DNA of 64,000 bases, taken from the NCBI RefSeq assembly GCF_036588685.1, contig NW_026963340.1, positions 496,001 to 560,000 on the forward strand, read 5' to 3'. Positions 53,741 to 64,000 of this stretch are shown here, one piece after another; position 1 is the first letter of the stretch, and every line of letters starts with the position of its first letter. The position numbers were made by a program, and so were the translations under genes. Origin of the DNA: Mytilus trossulus (Eukaryota). The notes beneath the pieces were generated by a model. It had not been told where the DNA came from and ran no database searches. It was given only the letters and a program-made list of their open reading frames with translations.

Positions 53741-56165
53741 ATATTTCAACAAAAGAAAATACAAATACAGACCGATCGATTTTTTGAAAATCAGGTCATA
53801 TATTATTCATGTTTACTCATGCGCTTTTATGTTTAAACTCGATCTGATCAGCTGTGTAAAATACCAGTTATATTTTACTGGCGTTATCTGTACACATATT
53901 TAAAGGTTGAGCGGTAAGTCTAATATGTATTTCTTTTTACAAACTACCACTCATTATATTAAATAAAAGTCAAACCGGTTAAACTTCGCATTCATTTAGT
54001 AGATAATATATATATCATGTCCGCTGAAACATTTGTGTGTTACTGTGACATGCTTTCATTTCGAATAAATATTCAGACACCGCTTGCAGTTCTTATATTT
54101 GCAAATCATCGTAACCAAATATATACATATTTAACTTCTTATTTGAAATGTTATGATATGGATATGGTACATGTGCATATACGACATATAGACTAAAATT
54201 GGAAAAGGAAAGATAATATCACCCATGTCATATCTATTACACCTGAAAATGATGATTAAATTTTTCTTATTAAGATTTTAAGAAATATTTCATATTAGTA
54301 AATTCGTATTTAATTTCATTCAGCACTGCACGTACAATAAGTAAAACACATTCGATTCAAAAGTTGGGTGGTTCTAATAAGTTAAATTTGAATACACAGG
54401 GTGAAATTACCTGCATTTTCTGGCGGCAAATATAAACATTGTTTCTGAAGGAATTAAACACACTTTACTTAACCTCTGTATTGATTGTGAAATTGCTTTC
54501 TATTACATTTAATATTAATTAAAGCAAGTATAGCAATGAGAGGACATTGATATTTAAACGTTTTGCTTTTAATTCCAAGACAAATGCATGTGTTTGCAGT
54601 CCTCATTCATTTACTTATTCTTCTATTTTGTTGTCAAAATTGCTTAACTGTCAACCTTTGATAGCTCACCCGGCGATATTTCAGCTGTTTATAGTCATTT
54701 GGCGTCGGTCGTCGTCGGCAACGTTGTGAACTTGAGACCAACTCTCCTGTAAAAGAAACAGAAAAAAATCAAGCAAATTTGGCATTGGTTATCCCAAGAG
54801 TATCTGAAAAACTGAGCGTTTTTCAATGGATAATAAACCAACATTGCAACTGTGACTAAAATTAGAACATAGGATACATTTCGTTAGTAACATAGTTTCT
54901 TGGAAACTGTATTTTACTCATTGTTTATTATTTTAAGTTACAAAAGCACTCATTTAAGATGCCAGGTTTCAAGCCCAATGCATATGTTTTGCTGGAATCG
55001 AACAGTGAGAAGTTCAAATCAAATACCAAGGTGAACAGCATAAAAACCGAAAGAAATTTGTGCAAAAAACAAAGTACGTCCCTTTATTTGAACTTTGGTT
55101 GATATGTGTTTCATTGGCAATAATACCTCAAATCCTTATTCTTTTATTGTTTGTTGATTAACCTTAAGTTTGAAGAACAATTCCTGAATTTTGTATTTAC
55201 TTAAAAATGAATATATAACTGATTAAACGTCCACCGGTATTGACATCAACAAAGTAATGGTATAATCTTAACAAAGATACAAGGCCTATTATAAAGGCAA
55301 CAGTAGTGTACTGGTGTTCACATCAATGGACAAAAATCAAAATCGGGGTAACAAACTAAAACTGAGGGAAACGCATTAAATGTAAGAGGAGAACAACGAC
55401 ACAAAACTACAATGTAACACACACAGAAACGGACTAAGCATTAGACAAAATCCGCTGATACAATGTAATAAAAAAAATAACATCAAAACCAAATACTATA
55501 ATTGGAAACGCTTAACGAGCATTTTGTCTACTCAAGACTGATCAGTAGAGCTCCAACCAATAAAGAGGAATTTCAAAGTTAAATCTGTCCGAAATCATTA
55601 TTCTGTTTATTGAGAAACAACGTGCAAATACGTCACAATATGTAAACAAGAAATATTATCACAACCATGTACTTATGTTAAAACATCGATTGAAATAACG
55701 CAGTTTGCTTGTCAGTTTCAAAATGATTAACTTTTTAAAACACTAGTTTATATTGATAGGGAATCAAGAAAGAGATCAAAAGAGCAAAATAATACATATA
55801 GGCTAATGTGCCATGAGCCATTGAAATTTTGACGGGAAGTATTCTCTCTTGAATTTTTATAGCTTTATCATTGACAACTTAAAGTTCTCAAAAACTATTA
55901 AAAAATAATAAAAATTTTACAAGACTTTTACAGATGGCTTATCATTATACATGTTAAAGAGTTTTAAAAAGAAAAATAGGGGTCAATGGGCAATTTTTTT
56001 TTAAGGCATTCAAATGGATAAAACTAGAGGATTCCGAAAATTTGACAAAAAATCCCCAAACATGATAGGCGAACTTCCTTAAATGTGACAATCACATAGC
56101 AAGCCTTTCCAGTCAGAAAAGCAAGAATCGATGTACTAAAAGTTTCTCCAGATATGAAAATTTGT

Positions 56166-56532
56166 GTAGAAAATAAAATTAACGGTACCAATTTTCTTGC
56201 ACCAGATGCGCATTTCGACAATACATGTCGATTCAGTGATGCTCGTGGCCAAAATATTTGAAATCCAAAGCTTATATAAAAGATGAAGAGCTATTATCCA
56301 AAAGGTCTAAAAAGATTAGCCAAATCCGTGAAAGGAATCAAAGCTTTGCATGAGGGAGATACATTCCTTAATTTATAATAATTTCTATCATTTTGTAACA
56401 GCAAATTTTGATAACACAAAAAAGCCATATTTTCATACCAGTACCGAAGTTCTGGCTACTGGGCTGGTGATACCCTCGGGGACTAATAGTCCACCAGCAG
56501 AGGCATCGACCCAGTGGTAGTAATAAAATTAA
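56166..56532 (-). mobile_element. Retrozyme of a second subfamily (~350-bp unit) with mutated hammerhead core
   Basis: gcauca CUGAAUC gacauguauuguc GAAA ugcgca UC uggugc (56199-56242). Shares the GC-rich domain with the 38263-39014 array; terminal redundancy aataaaattaa. Confidence 0.75.
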
Positions 56533-56569
56533 GATTTGTGCGCTTGTCTAATGTAATTGGTTTCTTTGA

Positions 56570-57118
56570 GGGGGCTCGCGGGTCTAGATATTTGTTTTTT
56601 TATTTAATATAAGATTTCGCTATTTTTTTCTATAAATGAACTTTAACTTATACCTGATAGAAAAATAAAATAAAAAAAGAGGGGTCACCGATCAGTTACG
56701 CCCACAATCTGCCTTTGAAAGAAGCATACTTTTTTCTGTTCAACTAATAGGAGAGAGATAGGTAATATCAAAATAAAAAAAGGACCTAATTACAGAAATC
56801 GCTAAAATTTTACGATTGTTTAGTTTATGTATAGCTGATTTGAAAACAAAAATAAAAAATATAGGTCACCGATGAGTAGAAAAAGATATTTAATTTCTTA
56901 TGCCAAAAAATAGCATTTTCGCACCGAAGGGAGATAATTTGGAGCTTTTTAAATGAGATACACATTTTAAAAGTCATCTTGGGCCAAACCGAATCGATTT
57001 TTTTTGGTTAATTTTTGTATCATATCATAAAGAAATAACATATAGTATAATAAATATTTTTTTTATGAAAAAACAAATATTAAAATTTTTGCTGAAATGT
57101 TTGTACCTGCGAGCCTCC
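56570..57118. mobile_element. Kolobok-like MITE with decayed TTAA flanks
   Basis: ttga|gggggctcgcgggt ... acctgcgagcctcc|taaa; ggtcaccg motifs. Confidence 0.65.
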
Positions 57119-57523
57119 TAAAGTATTTCCTGGAACGTTTTTACACCAAACTCGTTGAATAATAGTACTGATGGTTTTATAAGGTTTGGAGAACATGTTT
57201 TTTTTCTAGCTGTAATTGGCCTTGAACTAGCTTTCAGTTACTGGGAAAACTAAGAAATCAGCATTCTGTGTCTTTTGCCTTTACATTAACTGTTTTTGTG
57301 TTTCATGCCAATTGCAAGAGTCAAATCATCTTAAGTTCTTATTGTATGCTGTAACACCAATAGCATTGGTAGGAAGGGATATGGTAGAGCGCTCACAACT
57401 GTGTTAAATCCCCTTATTAAATATGTGCCTGTCCGATGGCGGGAGCCTACAATTCTAAGGTTGTAATAATATGTTATTTGTCATATTTAATTTTCGTGTA
57501 TAGATTTTACGATAGTTGATTAA

Positions 57524-58535
57524 GGTAGATCGGTGGTATACCGTCATCTAGAATTGTACAATCGAAGTACAAAGTTGGTCTACTCATTTGCCCAAATCTG
57601 ACAATTTCTTAAAACATATCATAAAATCTATATTATCACAATTTATTTCAAAATTCTATCACATATTTTTTTTTGCACCCAAATGTGTTTTTTTAAGAAC
57701 AATCTAATCAAATTTAGGCAATTTTCAATGACTCATAGCTTGGAAAATAGCACGGTGACCTATATTTTTAACATGAGGAAGGCGCTACCTTAAATGCCAG
57801 ATTGATACTAAAACAACGTCCTATATACTGATTGGTTGTTGGTTGCTTAACGTTCACTGGCAAATATTTCATGTATGTTCAGGACGAATGTTCTAGGCTT
57901 CATCAACATATAGTTTTTGTCTAAAATAAAATAATAAGTGCAGATGGAAAATGTTTAGGGAACGATCATTGAACGTCAAAAGGTAGGAGGGGGTATGGAA
58001 TTTTTCTTTTTGATAAAAAAAATCTTCAATTCCCAAATTGATGAGAAAATAATCTGTAAAGGCAGAGAACAAAAAAATATTTGAATCCAGATCTTTGCCA
58101 AAATTATTTTAACTTTCAGATAGGCAAAAATAAATTAAACTTTCATATCTCTAAAAATATTTAAAACTTCCCGAACCGCACAGGTAAGTGTACACAGTAG
58201 TTTTGTAGGTGAAAATACGGCTGTATTTACCAATTTATTTTGATGGAGCTTAATACTAGTGTTTAATTTTGACTAAATAATTTAAAATGATATCACTGAA
58301 AGGTTTCGGTGAAAAACATCTGACTCTAACAAAAAACCATTCGTATCACTGATCATCTTCAGTTTGTGGGTTCTACATCAATTTTATTTATTAATTCAGA
58401 ATCAGTTTTATGTCATTTCTTGCATAAATTTTATTTTTGTAATCTTACTTTAAGTTTTTATAAGACAGCAAAATAACTTCGTTTTGGCAAAGATAAGAAA
58501 ATTCCATTTCAAAAAATATATACTGATGATCTACC
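57524..58535. mobile_element. Kolobok-like element, TTAA TSD, possibly composite
   Basis: TTAA|GGTAGATC....GTATA ... TATAC....GATCTACC|TTAA; an alternative end ctacc|ttaa lies at 57789. Confidence 0.55.
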
Positions 58536-59271
58536 TTAAATCCGCTTTGTTTGGATTTTTCATCAAATTGGTCTGGGGACACAGTTATCGTCCTTTGAAT
58601 TTCGCTGTCTTCAAATAGAGTCCCTAGTGTAAAAAGTGTATAACGAATAACTTGCAATTTTTTTAATTCCAGCTTCCAAATTTTTATTTTTTTTTTATAT
58701 TTCATGAACAAAATAGTAAGCAGGGGAATAAATTAACATGTACAAAATTGGGACATACATTTTAAGTTAAAATAGTGATTTGGTTCAGTTTGAAAGGTCA
58801 CAAATTAAGTCTTAGTTCGATGACATTTTTTAACATACAGTTAGCCATGCCACCTTGCAGTTTCAATATGGCGGCTTTTTCAAAAATGGCTTCCCTAAAT
58901 TATCAAAATCAGCTTATTTCTCTTATATGAGGTCAGCTTGTAGGCAAAATTTAGAATGGCAGTAGTGCAGGTCGTTTGAAAAAAAAAGGGTTTGGACCAC
59001 CTAGCAATTTCATGATGTAGGTTTTTTCAAGCATAAAATTATCAATATTTTGAGTTAGAGCCGATACACTTTTCTATACTTTTGATATAATTTGTCCCAA
59101 AAGTAGTACATACACTACACTGTAAAAATCTTTTTTTGATATATCTCAGTTGCGATGTTTTTAATTTGCATTTTTGTCTTAAAGAAATGCACTAGGAAAT
59201 ATCACTATAATATGACCGTAGAAGGATTGTGGAATTATTGTTATGTCCTTTTTGGTCAAATAGGTTTCAAA

Positions 59272-60400
59272 AGGAGAACGAAAGATACCAAAGGAACAAT
59301 CAAACTCATAAATCGAAAATAAACTGACAACGCCATGGCTAAAAATTAAAAAGACAAACAGACAAACAATAGTACACATGACACAACATAGACAACCAAA
59401 GAATAAGCAACACGAACCCCACCAAAAACTATGGGATATTTCAGGTGTTCCGGAAGGGTAAGCAGATCCTGCTTCATATTTGGCACCCGTCGTGTTGCTT
59501 GTGTAATAACAAATCCAGTAAATAGTCAAATTCAGTAGGTCACATTTATGAAAGAGAAGGGGATTATAGTTACGATGTAAGTAACATATCCGATTTCATT
59601 TGTGAAACGGTTATGCAATAACGGTCAACCAACTCGTGATGACGTCCGTAAAATTTACGAAGGTATGATTTCAACTTCACCATTTGGAACTCTTGGTTTA
59701 ATAGCTTCTTTGTTGCAGCAACTCTCTATTCAGAAAATCAAGATATGAAATGCAAGTACGGGAATATCGTATTAACTGGGAGATATATACCTCGTATGCA
59801 GGTGCTGCTGAAATGTTGCTACTTAGGAATGGAAAGTTCACAAATGGAAAACTGACATCATCTCTTTTATCGTAAAGTTTTGCTTTCAATCGACCCTCAG
59901 TGTCAATTTCTATATGTAAGTCAATTTATGAGGCCGAATAAAATGTATCCGTAGTATCCTATATCTCGTTTTCGATGGGATAGATGCGTTCTACGTTTTG
60001 AATTATTTAGTGAAAGAACATCATCTATATAGCGCGAAGTAGAGTTACAGGATATCGCTAACTTCTTATCTGTCTTCCTGAGAAGTTCCTGTATGAAGTC
60101 AACCTCGTTATAATAAAAAAAATTAAGTTTGCAAGTAGATGGCATAATTTGTTCCCATTGGAATGCCGACAGTCTGTTAAAAACACGTCCTCCGAACGTA
60201 ACAAATATGTTGTTTATCAAGAAATAAAGCTTCTTGATAATTTTAGTTTCAGAGAATTTTTTGTTTGAATCAGAGGGATCCTTTACAAAGTAAGATTTAT
60301 CCCTCCCTAAGACAAGATACTGGTATCTACGTGGACTTTCTTTTTTATGAAACAAAGCAATACCAACTCTTTCAACTTGTCTTTCAGTTTGGTTTGGATA
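59272..60400 (-). pseudogene. 5'-truncated Penelope-like retroelement: RT C-terminal part plus 3' region
   Basis: GIPMGTN (frameshifted), RYIDDVLSLNN, KLYDKRDDVSFPFVNFPFLSSNISAAPAYEVYISQLIRYSRTC. The 3' region recurs at ~1120-1395, 4090-4480, 37570-37690 and 49990-50180. Confidence 0.75.
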
Positions 60401-61596
60401 ATTGTCAAAACTTATTCGTTTATCAAGCAGTTAATATAGGGAGTTTCACATGTTTCTATTTTTATACATCCTTAGCTTTCAAAAATTCGGCTTCTCGCGT
60501 TCCTAGTGAAGGTACAGTCAGTCAAGAGCGTCTAGCGCATGTAATTTAGATAGTGTTGTTTTTCAGTTTATGATGTAGATTTAAAACTTACTCAGTTGTC
60601 GTCTTAGTTTTTAATGTTCTTTGGTAAGTTTATGTGTGATGAAATCTCCTTATTCATTTTTGTAACAGTTCATGGTGACCTCTATATATCTGTAAGCAAT
60701 ATGTTTTGTTGGAAAGCTATCTTGTTATTCGTTTACTCATGATCATTGACTCATTGTGTCGATATGTAATTATGCTTATAATACAATGAAAATTCTTTAT
60801 TCAATGAAAAATTGAAACAACATTAGATATAGATTCAATGAACTCCACGTGAATGATGATTGATAAAATATTTAGTTACCTAGGACTAAGAACGTTAAAG
60901 GCAATTGTATTAGATATTTAGAGACATTTCATTTTGATTAATCTATTCATCTAGTAATTGTTCCACGAGATATAAAGGATCAATTTACTTTGAGTTTGTT
61001 TAAATGTCCTTCCGGTATCTTTCGTCCTCTTTTACTAGACAGCTTTATAATTTCTTTGTAGAAACCTAACTTATGCAGAGTGGAAAAAATATCATGTTTG
61101 ACATGCGCCGTTCATATTTACGTTCCGATATCTTATTTTAGGCTACGTTCTTAAAACGCTATTGATGACATTGTAGATTCAACTGTTAAGAATCTATTGT
61201 TTTCGTTTCTTATCGGGCATTTTGAATCAATAACATTTTATTTTTGCTTACAAAGGTACTCTGTAGTCAATCAGTATTCTTTGTAAACATTTAATGAAAA
61301 AAGAGCCTGCAATATGGAAGTAAATTTTTTTTTTATATGTTGTAGACATAGAATGAATGGAAATAAAGGATATGCTAGACATGCACTATACAGTACACTG
61401 AGTTTCCTAGTAATTACACATATAAATATGGTGATTATGCAAACAACAGGTAGGTTGGTATGTTATTCTTCTACGCAATACTGTAATATCATATAAACGA
61501 TATTCATGACAATCTACAATTTCAGGATAATCTTTTTACATTAAGAAATAAATTTTTAATGTATCAATCTATAAATCAAAATGTATTATGTAAATA

Positions 61597-62378
61597 ACTA
61601 GAGGCTCTCAAGAGCCTGCGTCGCTCACCTTGGTCTATGTGCATATTTAACAATGGACACAGATAAATTTATGACAAAATTGTGTTCTGGTGATGGTGAT
61701 GTGTTTGTTGATCTTACTTTACTGAAAATTCTTGTTGCTACAATTATCTCTTTCTATAATGAACTTGGCCCAGTAGTTACAGTGGAAAAATATTTTGTAA
61801 AAATTTACGAAAAATTGTTGAAAATTGTCTATAAAGGTCAATAACTCCTTTAGAGGTCAATTGACCTTTTTGATCATGATGAATTATTTGTAGACCTTAC
61901 TTTACGGAACCTTATTGCTGTTCACAGTTTACCTCTATCTATAATAATATTGAAGATAATAACAAAAAATGGCAAAATTTCCTTAAAATTACCAATTTAG
62001 GGACAGTAACCCAACAACGGGTTCTCCGATTTATCTACAAATGTCAGAGCAGATAGATCTTGACCTGATAAACATTTTTACCTCGTGTCAGATTTGCTCT
62101 TTATGCTTTGGTTACAGCGATATAAGACAAAATCTTCATTTTATCCCTATGTTCTATTTTTAGCCATGGCGGCAATCTTGATTGTTTGGCTTGGTCACCG
62201 GACACAGCTTTTAAACAAGATATCCCAATGATAATTGTGGCAAAGTTTGGTTTAATTTGGCCATGTAGTTTCAGACGAGGATATTTTTGTAAAAGTTTAC
62301 GACGACGGACGACGACGGACGCCGGATGCAAAGTGATGAGAAAAGCTCACTTGGACCTTCGGGCCATGCGAGCTAAAA
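61597..62378 (-). mobile_element. HINE/pearl-like Helentron derivative
   Basis: aactagaggctctcaagagcctg hairpin, gctcac subterminal repeats, gacgacg microsatellite, gagctaaaaa end. Confidence 0.75.
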
Positions 62379-62932
62379 ATATGATACTAAAAAGAATAAA
62401 GAATAAAGAATAAAAGTTGCGATAAAATTGTAATTAAAATGTTTAATTCTTTTTGCTGCAGCGCCTTTTATAACCGTTGATTGAAATCAGGGTCATTAGT
62501 ATCGCAGTCGTTTGAAAATGTACACAAAATAGATCATAGGAACAAAATGATCGCAAAATAAAACCTAACTAGCGGCCTTTTAATTCTGTTAGATGTTTTG
62601 GTGTCATTGGTAATTGCTGGTCTTATATAGAACTATTACAAAAGATCTTAAGATGGGTTTTGTAATACAATTTTTACCTTATAACAAGATAGCAATTTTA
62701 AAACACTTGCTAATGGAGAAACATATCATTTAAAAGGGTATATGTGTACATGTCAATGCATAAGATTTCACTCTTTTATCGAATCCGACATTCTTTACTC
62801 TGTTTACTGTTTTTCATTAGTGTAAAGTTAATTTGAAAAGAATGTATGCATTTATATTCAACTTCTTTATTTTATCTAACCTGAGTGTCTGTTTGTCAAT
62901 TTTGCAAACAATCAGCTAACGAACATATCTCA

Positions 62933-63338
62933 CCTTTTTCAACTGATTTTTATAGTTTGTTCTTACGTTGTACTTTAATACCACTGTCCCAGGTTAGGGG
63001 AGGGTTGGGATCCCGCTTACATGTTTAACCCCGCCATACTATTTATGTATGTGGCTGTCCCACGTCAGGATCCTGTAATTCAGTGGTTGTCGTTTGTTTA
63101 TGTGTTACATATTTGTTTTTCGTTCATTTTTTTACATTAAATAAGACCGTTAGTTTAGTCGTTTGAATTGTTTTACATTGTTTTATCGGGGCCTTTTTAT
63201 AGCTGACTATGCGGTATGGTTTTTGATCATTGTTGAAGTCTGTACGGTGACCTATATTTGTTTTAATGTTTGTGTCATTTTGGTCTTTTTTGGATAGTTG
63301 TCTCATTGGCAATCATATCACATCTTCTTTTTTATATA
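62933..63338 (-). mobile_element. Copy of the abundant SINE-like repeat
   Basis: Collinear with 23630-24033. Confidence 0.85.
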
Positions 63339-64000
63339 ATCCACCAAATTTATAATACTTGATTTACAAATCTTTACAAAATGAGATCAATACTTTTTAT
63401 ATCTTATGTATTTGAAGCACTTTTCAATGTTTAACATCATTAGGGCCACTCAAAGCCCAAAGTGAAGGATTGATTTGACCTAAAGATTTTTAATGTTATC
63501 CATTCAAAACTATGTTCTGTGGTATTTTTTTCTGACAAGCGCTATGCTTTAACCAACTGACTCATTAGAATCCGGATATTGTTTTTTTCTCTTTTTTTGA
63601 TTTTATACCATGTTTTGTTTTAATCAAGGGTTTTGCGTTAATTTTTATTGTGACTCTTACTTATGGTTTCAAAATGCAGATACATTGGTGTACACCGATT
63701 TTTTTAACAACAATTGAAAAAATTAAATACAAAATAACAAACATATTAAAGGAATTGACAGCATATATTCTACGTAATATGAAGTAAACCACTGATAAAG
63801 AAGTAATAAAGCTGACTTTTGAAACGGCAAAAACTGCATCAATCCTATGACCAGATGTGACGTCAAACAGGTCATGCTTCATTTATTCTTAGTTTTTGTT
63901 AATTCGTTTGCATTAAAATTATTTCAATGTTTTACAGTTAATGATAACACAATGTGTTGCCGTTTCGCAAATGCAAAGTGAAAACAATACTATTGTTCTA

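Noticed and set aside
55511-56083. Another TTAA-flanked MITE
   Set aside because: The right end (gcgaacttcc|ttaa) looks like a terminus, but the left TIR match is too weak to set a boundary.

Overview
AT-rich eukaryotic (animal) genomic DNA with dense repeats. The repeat families, especially 354-bp tandem hammerhead-ribozyme units, look like a bivalve mollusc, most likely Mytilus (inference). Nearly all ORF-track entries are spurious or transposon debris. Main content: (1) a spliced minus-strand gene, only partly visible in the ORF track. Six in-frame exons joined by phase-1 introns (52774 down to 9029) give a ~261-aa type I membrane protein: signal peptide, Cys-rich Ig-like ectodomain, stalk, TM helix, basic then acidic tail. 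(2) Its proposed ~30.5-kb last intron holds a 9.4-kb inverted duplication (10551-19994), a chimeric nest of two decayed Gypsy LTR retrotransposons (21164-33306; the outer one has Gmr1-like PR-IN-RT-RH order), a Helitron that split the LTR target-site duplication, and a non-LTR retrozyme array (38263-39014). (3) Hammerhead ribozymes of two kinds: type I retrozyme copies and minimal Penelope-type copies, plus decayed relatives showing covariation. (4) Many non-autonomous elements: TTAA-flanked Kolobok-like MITEs, Helentron/pearl-like elements, hairpin MITEs, SINE-like repeats and a Penelope-like RT fragment. All coordinates were read by eye; no alignment or database search was run.
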